From: Phycisphaerales bacterium UBA5793
Lineage (GTDB): Bacteria; Planctomycetota; Phycisphaerae; Phycisphaerales; UBA5793
Reading direction: 5' to 3'
DNA: 64,000 nucleotides
NCBI GenBank assembly: GCA_002418285.1
Contig: DIDT01000045.1
Span: 41,250-105,249, forward strand
Shown: piece after piece, positions 51,826 to 62,531 of the stretch
How positions within the stretch are numbered: position 1 is the stretch's first letter
How the letters are laid out: the number at the start of each line of letters is the position of its first letter
Translations under genes and position numbers: made by a program
Notes under the pieces: model-generated
Database searches by the model: none
What the model saw: the letters and a program-made list of their open reading frames with translations, nothing else
What the model was told of the DNA's origin: nothing

Positions 51826-54800
51826 ATGTTGCAGTGGATTCTTGAAAACACGTTGATCGCGCTGGCGATGGCTGTAGGCGTCTGCATTGCCTGCCGATAC
51901 TTCAAGGCACGGCCGGCCGTATGCCATTTCCTCTGGGCTCTCGTGCTGGTGCGACTCGTCGCGCCGCCGATCTTCGTGACGCAGTGGCCGCCGGAGTCGG
52001 TTCGCACGCAAGTCGCAAGCTGGTTCAACGCGCAGGCCTCAGGTCTGTCTACCCAAATCTCACATTATCTGTCTCTTTCGGGAGGAGCTTCACGCGCTGA
52101 CAACCGCTCCGTCAGCGTAAGTTCCGCAGCGCCGGTTCAACCCAACCCCATTGAACCGGCGCTGCAACCCGAAGAGATGGCGTCACCCGCGCCGTATCCC
52201 GAGACTCCACCGGTCGAGGTGCGAGATGTGTCGGCGGAATCGGAGATGGCGGCTGATCAGAACACCAACCTGAGTAACTCATACGCGGTGCAGGATTCCA
52301 GGAAGCCTGCCCCACCCGCTGGCGAGACAGAGAACGCCGAAAGCGCCAAGGAGCCCGCCAAGCCAACCGCCTCGGAAATGACCATGTCGGAGATGAAGCG
52401 GCAGGAGGCCTCGTGGGAGAATCTGTACGCCGACAAAGAGGTGATCAACCAGGCTGCGAAGGAGTCGGGTGTCGCGCCCGGCGCGAATCCTGGAGTCTCG
52501 GCGGCGACGTTGGCTGCCTTGCGCGTGATCGGCTGGGCGCTGCTTGCAGTCTGGGCGCTGGGCGCTCTTGTCGCGCTGTTCGTTCATGGTCGCCGTATTG
52601 CGCGATTTCATGCAGCGGTGCGCCGGGCGCCGGAGGCCGGCGAATGGTTGACCGCCCGGGTGCGCCGCCTTGCGGATGATCTGCATACGTCGATGCCGAC
52701 CGTGCGCCTCATGCCGGGTCTGTCGTCTCCGGTGATCTGGGGTTTTGGCAAACCGACGCTGCTGTGGCCTGCAGAAGATGCAGCCCTGGCTCAGCGCGAC
52801 GGACAGCGTTGCGAAGGCATCATCGTACACGAACTGGCGCACCTGCGCCGGCGCGACCACTGGGTGGCATGGGTCGAGATCATGGCGATCTCGCTGCTTT
52901 GGTGGCATCCGCTGGCGCATCTGGCGTGTCGGCGTCTGCACGAGTTTGCCGATCTGGCGTGCGATTCGTGGGTGGTGTCGATGCTGCCGACGCATCGCGG
53001 GCTCTACGCCGCATCGATCGTGGACCTGATAGAACAACTTTCGACGGCTCCCCGGGCAGCATTGGCGCTGGGGGTGGGGACTTCGTCACGTCGCGCCCTG
53101 GTTGAAAGGAGACTGATCATGATTGTGAAAGAGCGAACTACGTGCCGGCTCTCGCCGGTTGTTGCCATGCTCGCGCTTGCCGGAGTGGCACTGCTCGTGC
53201 CTTCGTGGGCCGGCGGCGCGACAGGCTGGACGGCGCCGCCGGCGGAAGTCTCGGTTGATTCATCGATCGCCCCGGCGCACCAGAACGCCATCAAGCAGGC
53301 GATTCTCAAGCGCCGCGCCGAAGTCTATTTCAATTCCCACGAGTGGAAGGCAGCCGCAGCCGCCTACCAGGCGATCTACGAGGCGAACCCGCAAGACGCT
53401 CAGGCGGCCCATCGACTGTCGTACTCACTCATCGGGCTGGGTGAACTCGATCGAGCGCAGTCGATCATCGAGAAGCAGATTCAGAACGGCGAGGACCCGG
53501 CGGTTGGACATTACAACCTCGCCTGCATCCAGGCCAAGCGAGGCGACGCCGATCAAGCGTTCAAGGAACTCAATCAGGCCGTCACCTACGGCTTTGATCA
53601 ACTCGATCTGGTCAATTCGGATACGGATCTCGATCCGCTCCGCGATGATGATCGCTTCCGCGGATTCGCCGGCGACGTGAACTTCGTCATCTCCCTCCAG
53701 GAGCAGGGACAGAACGCGATCAACGGCGATGACGGGGCCGCCGCAGTGATCCACTTCGGCAAGCTCGTCAAGCTCGCGCCCAACTATGGGCAGGCGCAGC
53801 ACATGCTCAGCTATTCGAGCATTCTCGCCAGTCGCGACGCGGACAACCAGGCGGATCGCGATGAGTTGCTCAACGGCGCAAAGGCCGCAGAGGCCAAGCA
53901 GTTGGAACTCGGCTATCTCCCGGGTGTGGCTCGCTACAACATGGCGTGTGTGGATGCGATCCAGGGGAACATTGAGTCGGGTCTCGACAACCTCGCGGAA
54001 TCCATCGAGCTGGGATTCCGGGATCCGGACCTGATGCGCGATGATCCGGATCTCACTGCACTGCGCAGCGCGGATCGCTTCAAGGATCTGCAGACTTCCA
54101 TTGAGAACTCCAAGCGCCCCCGCGACCAAGTGCAGCAAGCACTTGACGAGGGCGAATTCGAGCTGGCCGCGGAACTCATCGCCAAATACGGCGAGGCAGT
54201 GGACCAGGCGGGTGGTATGTCATGGATGCTCGGTTATGCCCTGTTTGCCGACGGCCAGTACGACCAGGCCGAGAAGATCTTCCTGCGTTCGCTCCAGAAC
54301 GGTCACGATGCGGGCGACGCGGTGTACAACCTTGCCTGTTGCGAAGCACTGAAAGGCAACGCTCGCGCCGCGCTGGGCTACCTCGCGGCGGCGGTAGATG
54401 CCGGCTACACCGACGGCGATCACATGAAGGATGATAAAGATCTGAGTTCGATTCGTGATGAGAAGCGATTCGAAGACATCGTCAACGAGGCCAATGACGC
54501 CAGGGTGCTGCAGAACTTCGGCGCTGTCGATTGGGATCATCTTCTGCGTCAATCCGAAGCTGAGATTGCCAAGGACTCCACCAAGGGTGGGCAGCACCTC
54601 AGGCATGGCTGGGCGTTGCTTCGACTCGGTCGCTACAACGACGCCATGGCTGCTTTCGCGCAGCAGCGCGAACTCGGTTTCGCTCCCAGCGTGGCCTCCT
54701 ACAACATCGCGTGCTGCCAGACGGCGCTTGGTCAGACTGACGCCGCCATCGATATCCTCGCCAAACTGGCGCAGCAGGATCACAGCGGTCTGCTGAACTC

Positions 54801-54981
54801 CGACTTTGTCGCCAGTGACCCCGATCTCAAAGCGCTGCACGGCGACGCTCGCTTCAACGATGTCATCGCAGCGTTTGCGGAGCATGACGCGGATCTGAAA
54901 CAAGCTACGGATGAGCACGCCGAAAAGAAAGTCGGAAAGAAAGAAGAACTCGAACTCACCGAAGTGAAACCGACCCGGTAG
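51826..54981 (+). CDS. BlaR1/M56-type membrane metalloprotease sensor fused to a long TPR-repeat domain
   Basis: N-terminal TMs, an HELAHLRRRDHW (HExxH) M56 motif, a further TM, then about 550 aa of TPR-like repeats (Y.LAC..A..G....A...L..AV..G). It starts 57 nt after the BlaI-like gene. Confidence 0.8.
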   Translation: MLQWILENTLIALAMAVGVCIACRYFKARPAVCHFLWALVLVRLVAPPIFVTQWPPESVRTQVASWFNAQASGLSTQISHYLSLSGGASRADNRSVSVSSAAPVQPNPIEPALQPEEMASPAPYPETPPVEVRDVSAESEMAADQNTNLSNSYAVQDSRKPAPPAGETENAESAKEPAKPTASEMTMSEMKRQEASWENLYADKEVINQAAKESGVAPGANPGVSAATLAALRVIGWALLAVWALGALVALFVHGRRIARFHAAVRRAPEAGEWLTARVRRLADDLHTSMPTVRLMPGLSSPVIWGFGKPTLLWPAEDAALAQRDGQRCEGIIVHELAHLRRRDHWVAWVEIMAISLLWWHPLAHLACRRLHEFADLACDSWVVSMLPTHRGLYAASIVDLIEQLSTAPRAALALGVGTSSRRALVERRLIMIVKERTTCRLSPVVAMLALAGVALLVPSWAGGATGWTAPPAEVSVDSSIAPAHQNAIKQAILKRRAEVYFNSHEWKAAAAAYQAIYEANPQDAQAAHRLSYSLIGLGELDRAQSIIEKQIQNGEDPAVGHYNLACIQAKRGDADQAFKELNQAVTYGFDQLDLVNSDTDLDPLRDDDRFRGFAGDVNFVISLQEQGQNAINGDDGAAAVIHFGKLVKLAPNYGQAQHMLSYSSILASRDADNQADRDELLNGAKAAEAKQLELGYLPGVARYNMACVDAIQGNIESGLDNLAESIELGFRDPDLMRDDPDLTALRSADRFKDLQTSIENSKRPRDQVQQALDEGEFELAAELIAKYGEAVDQAGGMSWMLGYALFADGQYDQAEKIFLRSLQNGHDAGDAVYNLACCEALKGNARAALGYLAAAVDAGYTDGDHMKDDKDLSSIRDEKRFEDIVNEANDARVLQNFGAVDWDHLLRQSEAEIAKDSTKGGQHLRHGWALLRLGRYNDAMAAFAQQRELGFAPSVASYNIACCQTALGQTDAAIDILAKLAQQDHSGLLNSDFVASDPDLKALHGDARFNDVIAAFAEHDADLKQATDEHAEKKVGKKEELELTEVKPTR

Positions 54982-55143
54982 GAGTCGGTATCGGACATAC
55001 CCCGATCACGCATGGCTCGTTCCGCCCCCGGCCGAGCCTGCGGACACAGGAGGAGAGACGAGCCGGGCGCCCGATGCGGGCGCCCGGCTTCGTTTTGCGC
55101 CATCCACAGCCGCGGCAGGTTCACGATTGTGCGAGCGCAATCG

Positions 55144-55896
55144 TCATCGCGTCCGTCGATGCACTGCCAAACCGCACTCGGAGCAGACTTCACCCGCGCG
55201 ACCGCGCAAGTCGTATCCACAGCCGGCACACCGGCCGCGCCACCGTCTCCAGCGACCACGGGTCCACCGAAGTGACGAGGCCGACGTACTTACGACCGCG
55301 ATCCAGAAGGCCCAATACACAAGCTGGCCGGCCAGGATCGGGCGCAGCGGCGCGAGACCCTCAAACGAATCATCGATTGACATCTGTTCGTCGAGGGGAA
55401 TACCCGTCCATGCAATGAGCGAGTTGCCGGACGACTCACAATTGAGGCCAACCCACGTCACCCGTATCGGCCAGCCGACTGAGGCGAAACGATGCTCGGC
55501 GCGCCCGCCGTTGCTCGCATCGAGCACGGCATGATCCACAGCGCGACGTAGCCAGCCTGGCGCTACCGAGTTGAATGAGTCGGGGCCGGGGTACATCAAT
55601 TCGTAGGCCTGCGCACTTGGCCATTGATAGTCGTGGCGAATCGAGGCGTACATCGACCAGGTCGGCGATGTCCAGTGGTATGCGATGCGCGTATCCTGGC
55701 GGCCGTTGATCTCGCGCCGCGTGTGACCGATCGCGATGAGCTTCCCCATGTCCCGTTCATGGTGATCAATGCCCTTGACGAACCACCACGACCAGGCCGC
55801 ATCGGTGCAGAGAACCAGAACCACGGCGATCAGGATCGTCGACGCTGACGGACACCGACGCGCGATGGAGGACCAGCTCATCATCGTGTGGTTCAT
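55144..55896 (-). CDS. hypothetical membrane protein with a C-terminal Arg-rich / zinc-ribbon motif
   Basis: 250 aa. ...YWAFWIAVVSTSASSLRWTRGRWRRWRGRCAGCGYDLRGRAGEVCSECGLAV. Confidence 0.6.
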   Translation of the reverse strand: MNHTMMSWSSIARRCPSASTILIAVVLVLCTDAAWSWWFVKGIDHHERDMGKLIAIGHTRREINGRQDTRIAYHWTSPTWSMYASIRHDYQWPSAQAYELMYPGPDSFNSVAPGWLRRAVDHAVLDASNGGRAEHRFASVGWPIRVTWVGLNCESSGNSLIAWTGIPLDEQMSIDDSFEGLAPLRPILAGQLVYWAFWIAVVSTSASSLRWTRGRWRRWRGRCAGCGYDLRGRAGEVCSECGLAVHRRTR

Positions 55897-55906
55897 GCTG
55901 CCGCGA

Positions 55907-57928
55907 TCACTGCGAGAGCGAGTCTCGCAACTGCTTCATCCGGACGTTTAGTACGATCGATTCGAGGGAGTTCAAGGTAAACAGCCGGCCCCATGTCTCG
56001 TTTTTCGGCAAGCCGACATTGGCACGACGGATGGCCCGCGCGGTCTCCTCCAGGGCCGGTAGATCAGCGGGCCCGGCAACCCATGACAGGTAGTAATCGG
56101 CAGCTGGTTGCATGAGCTTGTCTGAATCGCGCAGGGCCGTCAGCATTGTGGGCAGAATGGATCGATCACCGATGATACCAAGCGCGACCACCGCGATTCC
56201 GGTGTTCACTTCGGAATCTGACCGGGCCCCGACGAGCGCGAGCAGCGCCTCGTGGGCTGTCGCGTCGCCCGCCGCCGCACGCACTGATGCCCCGATGACT
56301 TCCTGCGTTCGATTAACGGGCTGCAGGTCGTTGGTCAGCACCGCATCCCAGAGCTCGGGTCGTTTGTGAACAGCTCTGATGAGACTCCCGAGCCAGTATC
56401 CGCCCGAGTAGATGTACTGCACGTGCGATTCCGTCAAAGTCGGAATCCAGCGCAACGCCGTAGCCAGCGCCTCGGGACTCCCCTGTTCTTCGATGAGTCT
56501 GCCGAGCCCGGTCCACATCGCGCCGCTGGGATACTGCTCGATGGCGTACCAGTCAGGGATGCGCGGCACCCGAACTTCTTTTCCGACGGCGGAGGGATCA
56601 AGGCGACCGTCGTTTCCGAGCAACCCGACGAGTTCGTGGTGTACGAAGCCATACGCGTGGCCGGCGTCCACATCATCCTCTGTAATCATGCCCGTCTGGT
56701 AGAGCGGCGCAGCGAGCGCGTCACGAAGCGATCGCTGCTCGAGCACACGCAGTATTTCCTGCGGGGTCTGGCAGGTCCGGAGCAACTCATCATCGAGATA
56801 GGGAGCGACGACCTGCCGGCGCTGCAATCTCATCCCAGCCGCGTTGTATTCCGGCACGCCGTCGGCGCGTGACGGAACCATCGGCAGGGTACGGACGTAG
56901 TCCAGCAGCCGATGGTCGCTGATGATCATCCCGTGATCAATGATGTCGCGGCTCACGGCATCTTCGAAGCGTTCAGGTGACTGCATCGCCCACTGAACGA
57001 TGAATTCGATCTCCTCAGGATCGCCGCGGCGTTTCAGTTCTTCCAGTGCGGTCAAGGCTGCATACTGCGGGGTCGACGGGAATGACCCATCGTTGACATA
57101 CTGGTTCGCGTCTTCGTGCAGTCGCTCGATCGACCACTCGCCGATTCTCAATGCGTCGATTCGCTTCTCCAGGTTGGTTGGGATTCGGGCAACGCTGTCG
57201 GCCCAGTCGTCGTCCAGTCGTCCGTACGCCTGCTGCCACGCATCAACCTGCGCCCGCACCACCGGAACGAGACTCAAGCCTTCCTCGACCGCGCCGTTCT
57301 CGACGCGCAGGCAGGCGAGTTGAACGGTTCGGCTGATCTGCCGCGAGTCGGTTGAGGCCATCTGGTGACCGGGCTGCATGCGGCGATCGGCTTCATCACT
57401 CAGCGGCGATCGAGCCGGCTCGTTCTTGTGAAGTTCATAAACCTGCCAGCGACGGTGCCTGCAGTATTTCGCAATGGTTTCATTGGGGAAGTAAGACCCG
57501 ATCGCATCGACCACCTCAATGCAGTCGGGTGGAAGATCCCGGCGAGGTCCACAGCAGAAGACGACCAGAAGGTCCGTGAGGTAGTAGTCACTCCACTGCT
57601 CCTCGAGCAGATCTGACAGTTCGACGCCGTAAACCTCCTTGCAGAGCGCGGGTAATTTTGTTGCTGCGTAGCTCAGCGCGTCGCGAATCGGGCCGGCGTC
57701 TTGTGGATCCACCGAATCGAAGTAGGATGCCGTCGAGGTGTAAAGACACCAGGGGCAGGTCCGAGGATTGGGCCCGATGTCCCAACCGTCGCTGATATAG
57801 GTGAAGCGTTGGGAACAGACGGGGCATTCCGTTTCGACCGCCACGGGGGGCGAGGTCACCGTCGCGCTGGAGAGCCGCGCTGACGCGCCAACGACCGCCA
57901 GAATCGCAGCCACAAGTACTCGACGCAT
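55907..57928 (-). CDS. secreted hypothetical protein with a C-terminal HEAT/armadillo-like repeat region
   Basis: The start is set at ATG 57926-57928 (MRRVLVAAILAVVGASARLSSA signal). The C-terminus LLALVGARSDSEVNTGIAVVALGIIGDRSILPTMLTALRDSD is HEAT-like. The ORF extends to 58171. Confidence 0.6.
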   Translation of the reverse strand: MRRVLVAAILAVVGASARLSSATVTSPPVAVETECPVCSQRFTYISDGWDIGPNPRTCPWCLYTSTASYFDSVDPQDAGPIRDALSYAATKLPALCKEVYGVELSDLLEEQWSDYYLTDLLVVFCCGPRRDLPPDCIEVVDAIGSYFPNETIAKYCRHRRWQVYELHKNEPARSPLSDEADRRMQPGHQMASTDSRQISRTVQLACLRVENGAVEEGLSLVPVVRAQVDAWQQAYGRLDDDWADSVARIPTNLEKRIDALRIGEWSIERLHEDANQYVNDGSFPSTPQYAALTALEELKRRGDPEEIEFIVQWAMQSPERFEDAVSRDIIDHGMIISDHRLLDYVRTLPMVPSRADGVPEYNAAGMRLQRRQVVAPYLDDELLRTCQTPQEILRVLEQRSLRDALAAPLYQTGMITEDDVDAGHAYGFVHHELVGLLGNDGRLDPSAVGKEVRVPRIPDWYAIEQYPSGAMWTGLGRLIEEQGSPEALATALRWIPTLTESHVQYIYSGGYWLGSLIRAVHKRPELWDAVLTNDLQPVNRTQEVIGASVRAAAGDATAHEALLALVGARSDSEVNTGIAVVALGIIGDRSILPTMLTALRDSDKLMQPAADYYLSWVAGPADLPALEETARAIRRANVGLPKNETWGRLFTLNSLESIVLNVRMKQLRDSLSQ

Positions 57929-58070
57929 CTGACGCTCCGGTCGGTTCAAGGCTCCTGATTGACGTCCAGATCGTACCCGAAACCAACCTGTACCGTCAAC
58001 GGCGCCGCGGAAGTGTGGGGAATTCGGGTTGCCCGGCGGAATAACGGTCGAGTCCGGGCATCTCTGAAGC

Positions 58071-58766
58071 ATGAGGTGGACTCGAATCGCCGGCGAGTGG
58101 GCGCGGGGGCGGCCGGTCTGGTTGACCGTGCCCCTGTTGGTCTTGATGTTCCCAGGTGGCTGCACGACCACGGTGTGGGTTCCGCGGGTTGTGGCCGAGC
58201 ACGCCGAGACGGTGTACCTGGTCGACTACGGCCGGCACAGCAGTCTGGTACTGCCGCCGCAGCCGCTGGCGAGTCGATTGCGGACGGACGAGAGCAATGG
58301 CGTCTCACTGGCGGTGTTCGAGTCGGGCGAGTCGCTGGCGGGGCACGCGGTGGAGTACGCCTACGGCGAGTGGAAGTGGTTTGCGCTCAACGAAAACAAG
58401 TGGCCGGATCTGTTTCGAACGATGCTCGTGCCAACGCAAGGGGCGCTGGGGCGGCGCGATCTGGGGATGAGCACCTCGACCGACTCGTTGCGGTGGCAGA
58501 TCGTGTGCGAGGCGTTCTACCCGCTGGAGGTTGATGGGGCACTGCTGCGACAGTTGCGCGACCGGCTGGATGAGCGATTCGAGAGCCACGCGGAGACGCG
58601 CCATGACAATGAACTCTACTCTATGCAGTTCGTGCACGATGACAGCGCGTACTCGCTGGCGCACAACTGCAACCAGGTCGTCGTGCAGTGGCTGCGCGAA
58701 CTGGGTTGCAAGGTGAGCGGGGCCACGGTGGATGCGAAGTTCAGGATTGTGCGCGATACTGAGTGA
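58071..58766 (+). CDS. lipoprotein, DUF2459/TIGR02117-like (tentative)
   Basis: It has a signal plus lipobox-like LVLMFPGGC. VYLVDYGRHSSLVLP...EYAYGEWKWFALNE resembles the DUF2459 pattern as I remember it. Confidence 0.5.
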   Translation: MRWTRIAGEWARGRPVWLTVPLLVLMFPGGCTTTVWVPRVVAEHAETVYLVDYGRHSSLVLPPQPLASRLRTDESNGVSLAVFESGESLAGHAVEYAYGEWKWFALNENKWPDLFRTMLVPTQGALGRRDLGMSTSTDSLRWQIVCEAFYPLEVDGALLRQLRDRLDERFESHAETRHDNELYSMQFVHDDSAYSLAHNCNQVVVQWLRELGCKVSGATVDAKFRIVRDTE

Positions 58767-58795
58767 TTAGGTCGATGGCTCGAACAACAGCCAGA

Positions 58796-59914
58796 CTACT
58801 TCGCCGGATCTGTTGCGCGTGCCTCCTCGACGAGCGCCTTCATTCGTTTCAGATCCGCCTTGCCGCCCTCGACCTGAATGCTCTGCGTTGCAATGGTCGA
58901 CTTGAGCTGGGTGATTTCCTCTTCATCGCGCTCGCGGGGCGGCGCGGCCTCCAGTGCCTCAAGTTGCTGCTTGGCCTCGTCGAGAGCGGCTTCGATCTGC
59001 GGGAGCATGTCCTCCATCATCTGGACCTGCGCTTCGAATTCGGCAAGATTCTCGATGACTTCCTTGAGCACCCGCTTGTGCAAATGTGCCCGATACCGTT
59101 CGACCGTTTCGATCTTCTCCAGCCCGGCAAGGTCACGCTCCTGCGCCGGCGGCTCGTCGGATTTCGCTCGCACCACCGAAGTGGTCGCGCTGAAACGGGG
59201 GCCATTGAGGATTCCGCTGAGAAACGCCGGGGAACACTCGACCGTCCAGGTCTGGATCCGGTGCGTTCGCTCGTCAACCAGCGCCAGGACCGTTCGATCC
59301 TGCCCCGCGAATCGCAGAACGTGCGCGTGCTCGGCTTCAAGCGCCGGCGCGCCGAAGATGCCTGCCAGCGACCGGTTGGCGTCGAGCATTTCAGCAACCG
59401 CTGCATCATCCATTGCGAGCCGTTCCGGCTTGGCATTCACAATGGAGTCGATCGAACCGTCCAGCAGAAGCGCAAGTTCAATGTGCGTCGCAACCTCCCA
59501 TCGGACGGCATCGTCGAAGGCGCGGATCTGGTCGGACAGCCACTGATGCCGTTTTGATTCGGGGGCTGTCGTTTCCAGATAGGCCGAGTCGCCTTCCGCC
59601 CAAACCCGAAGGACGCCGCCATCGAACTCCATCCAGCCCCAACCGTGATCCGTGTCGAAGTGAATGGCTCCGGCCGGGGTTGCCACGAGCACGAAGGCTC
59701 CCGACGCGAACGTGCCAAACTCCAGATTCTCATCCGCCGCGTTCAGTGCCGTGGCCGCTCCCGAATAGATCGCGGCAGCGGGCTCGTAGGCCTCTCGCAC
59801 CAGTCGCCAGCACTCCTCGGCTGAATGGTCACCGGGCGCGGCGGCGGGAGGCTGGGGCAACCCCACGCTCATCGACAGCGCGACGACGATCACACCTAAC
59901 ACGCTTTGGAACAT
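58796..59914 (-). CDS. secreted hypothetical protein with a C-terminal coiled coil
   Basis: ATG 59912-59914 is preceded by AAGGAGA. The signal is MFQSVLGVIVVALSMSVGLPQPPAAA. The C-terminal part is helical and Glu/Lys-rich. Confidence 0.6.
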   Translation of the reverse strand: MFQSVLGVIVVALSMSVGLPQPPAAAPGDHSAEECWRLVREAYEPAAAIYSGAATALNAADENLEFGTFASGAFVLVATPAGAIHFDTDHGWGWMEFDGGVLRVWAEGDSAYLETTAPESKRHQWLSDQIRAFDDAVRWEVATHIELALLLDGSIDSIVNAKPERLAMDDAAVAEMLDANRSLAGIFGAPALEAEHAHVLRFAGQDRTVLALVDERTHRIQTWTVECSPAFLSGILNGPRFSATTSVVRAKSDEPPAQERDLAGLEKIETVERYRAHLHKRVLKEVIENLAEFEAQVQMMEDMLPQIEAALDEAKQQLEALEAAPPRERDEEEITQLKSTIATQSIQVEGGKADLKRMKALVEEARATDPAK

Positions 59915-60024
59915 GGGTTTGTCTCCTTCTGGTCTGTTGTGGCGCACCGCAGGCGCAACACTCGTGTCAAAATACGACGCGGACGCCGAGCAGTTATTCC
60001 CATCGTGCTCACCCACATCCACTG

Positions 60025-62028
60025 CTATTCTGACACTAGCGTCACCTCACCGCGCGGCACCACGTGTACGGCGCGGCTCGACTCGTCGAAGAGCCACGGC
60101 CCGACGAAGGCATCCATGTTGTAGAGCAGCAATGTGTCGGCATCACATGCCGGGCGACGCTGCGGGGTGAAGTGCTCGCCGGTGTATCGAGCCACGGTGG
60201 AGAGCCTCACGGCGTCGATCAATCCATCAAAGAACGAGGTTGGATTGCCATTGCCGTCCACATCGGCCCCGATCATGAGCGGGAATGCGTTGGTTCGACG
60301 CGAGCCGCTTCGAGCGACGGTCTTGATGAGTTGACCATCGAGGTACAGACGGACCTGTTTGCCGTCGAACACGCCGGCGATGTGATACCACTGCCATGGC
60401 CTGAGCAGCGCTTCATCCGACCTGGCCTCTGCGTAGCGGCCGTCGAGAAAGACGTCAAACTCGGGCTTCCCGTCGCTGACGAAGAAGCCGAATTCGGACA
60501 TCTCGGTCTTGCCGACGAGGCCGCGCCGCCCCCGAAGATCGTGGCTGTTGAACCAGCACTCGAGGGTAAAGGGCCCGTCGGGCAAGCCGACCTGCTCGCT
60601 GTCGATCGCCATGACGCTCCGACCGTCAAAGTCGGCCGCCATCTCTGTTGCCGGCACGGCGGGCGCTTTGAGCACGGGCTGCACCGGGAAGGGCGTCGAA
60701 GATCCGGGGATGGAGTAACGCAAGCCTTCGGCAAGCAGATCGACATTCAGATCCAGCATCGCCGGCCGATACGTCGCGTCAAGCGCATCATCAATGCGAC
60801 TGACATGAAACTCGAACACCCCGGCTTCCGCGACGTTCAGTACGCGATGCAGGTGGTCGGGCGTGAAGACCCACCGGCTGTCGGCGCTGGCCGGCGTAAG
60901 CGTCACTTCAAGCGGGTAGTCCACCATGTTCTCGATCGCCACTGAAACATCAGTCGAAACCGCGCCCGAGGCGTCGAGATCGATCGAACCGGGGATCTTC
61001 GGCCGCATGCGCGCCAGCGCCGCCGCCGCTTCGCTGACCTCGCCGGTGAGCCGCCGCACATCCATGACTTCGCCCACGGGGATCGACGCGAGCGCGATCT
61101 GATTTTTGCGGACCGTTACGAGATGAAACTGGTGCAGATAGCCGGCCTGTGGCGCGACCGCCGATTGCGCACCGCCGACCGTGGCCAGCGTGACGTATTC
61201 GATCCCATCGCGCACGCCGTCGTATCGCATCTGGTGGATATGGCCGGCGAACACCGCGGTCACGTTGCCGGCTTCGACGAGGACGTTGTGTACGCGATCC
61301 CAATCGTCGCCGTAGCCGCCGCCGAGCCAGCGCGGATGATGGAGAAACAGGAAGATGTGGTCGGCGTCCTTCGCCTTCGCGAGCGTGTCTCTGAGCCAGT
61401 CAAGTTGCTCATCACTCATGCGCTGGCGGTCGGGTTGGCCGAAACCCTTGTCGCCGGTGAGCGGATTGCCTTCGTCAGAGTAGAGCGCAATGAACCAGGA
61501 GTTCTTGTGTTCGAACGCGTACCAGAGCGGTCCGAAGTTGGTCTCGAAGAGTGACTCGTTTTCACCCTTTGGTTTAGGACCGTTGCCGCGCCAGTAGACA
61601 TCGTGATTGCCGGCCACCGGGAACCACGGCATCAGCAAGCCGTCCATCACGCCCTTGTATTCGTGCATCTGCACAAGCCACTGCGGCTTGTCGTTGTAAC
61701 CTTCGACGAGATCGCCGACGGTCATGACGAGATCGGGCTCGATGAGATTCGTGTCCTTGACCGCCTGCTTGAGCACTTCGATCCCCTCAGCGGGTCCCCC
61801 AGTGCGGTCGCCGAACACAGCGAAGGTGAAGGCATCGGCCTCGGCGGGAAGGTAGAGAAGATTGCCGACGCGGTTGGTGGTGAAGCGCGATTCGTCTGCG
61901 GGCAGGTGCGGGTGAGGCTGGCCGATGGTGTTGTGATCGTGATCCTGGGCGAAGGCGCGCTGACTCGCGATGGACGCTGAAAGGGCGACGCTCAGGAGCG
62001 AGATCAGCAGCAAGCGGGCGCGGTTCAT
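60025..62028 (-). CDS. secreted calcineurin-like metallophosphoesterase fused to a LamG/concanavalin-A-like lectin domain
   Basis: It has a signal peptide. Phosphoesterase motifs: FAVFGDRTGG, MTVGDLVEG, VAGNHD, LHHP, AGHIHQ. The C-terminal LECWFNSHDLRGRRGLVGKTE...WYHIAGVFDGKQVRLYLDGQLI...LMIGAD is LamG-like. Confidence 0.85.
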   Translation of the reverse strand: MNRARLLLISLLSVALSASIASQRAFAQDHDHNTIGQPHPHLPADESRFTTNRVGNLLYLPAEADAFTFAVFGDRTGGPAEGIEVLKQAVKDTNLIEPDLVMTVGDLVEGYNDKPQWLVQMHEYKGVMDGLLMPWFPVAGNHDVYWRGNGPKPKGENESLFETNFGPLWYAFEHKNSWFIALYSDEGNPLTGDKGFGQPDRQRMSDEQLDWLRDTLAKAKDADHIFLFLHHPRWLGGGYGDDWDRVHNVLVEAGNVTAVFAGHIHQMRYDGVRDGIEYVTLATVGGAQSAVAPQAGYLHQFHLVTVRKNQIALASIPVGEVMDVRRLTGEVSEAAAALARMRPKIPGSIDLDASGAVSTDVSVAIENMVDYPLEVTLTPASADSRWVFTPDHLHRVLNVAEAGVFEFHVSRIDDALDATYRPAMLDLNVDLLAEGLRYSIPGSSTPFPVQPVLKAPAVPATEMAADFDGRSVMAIDSEQVGLPDGPFTLECWFNSHDLRGRRGLVGKTEMSEFGFFVSDGKPEFDVFLDGRYAEARSDEALLRPWQWYHIAGVFDGKQVRLYLDGQLIKTVARSGSRRTNAFPLMIGADVDGNGNPTSFFDGLIDAVRLSTVARYTGEHFTPQRRPACDADTLLLYNMDAFVGPWLFDESSRAVHVVPRGEVTLVSE

Positions 62029-62259
62029 GTGCGATTCTCCGATATTCCGTCATTCCCGCGCAGGCGGGAAACCACCGGGTCTGTCAACGCTCATCGGACT
62101 GGATGCCCGCCTGCGCGGGCATGAAGATCTGCGGCCCGCCCGATGGGCTCGGCATCGTGCATCATAACATGCACAGACGCCCGGTTTCATGTAGAATCTG
62201 TGAGTCGGGCACGATCTCCGAATGATCGCAGAGGGCAGATCGACTTCGAGGGACGGCTC

Positions 62260-62439
62260 ATGACACTTCGCCAGATTGCCATCCAGATCGGGTTGCTCGC
62301 CGTGGTGTTTCTGGTCCTGGCGAACGTACTCAGATACGCATTCGATGAAGAGTCGCCGTACCTCGCCGCCGGGGCCTGCGTGCTGCTGGCTCTTGCCTGG
62401 GCTATCAGGTTGGGGTGGTTTCGGCGGTATTTCGATTGA
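62260..62439 (+). CDS. small two-TM hypothetical membrane protein
   Basis: ATG 62260 lies within ORF 62143..62439. The translation is MTLRQIAIQIGLLAVVFLVLANVLRYAFDEESPYLAAGACVLLALAWAIRLGWFRRYFD, and GAGGGA lies upstream. Confidence 0.4.
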   Translation: MTLRQIAIQIGLLAVVFLVLANVLRYAFDEESPYLAAGACVLLALAWAIRLGWFRRYFD

Positions 62440-62531
62440 GATCTCAGAAAGTGGGCATCAGAAAGCGTGGGCGAAAGTGCGCGCTGCGCCAACTTCGATG
62501 GGTTTGCCGGGAACGTGCTGAGCTTCCTGAC

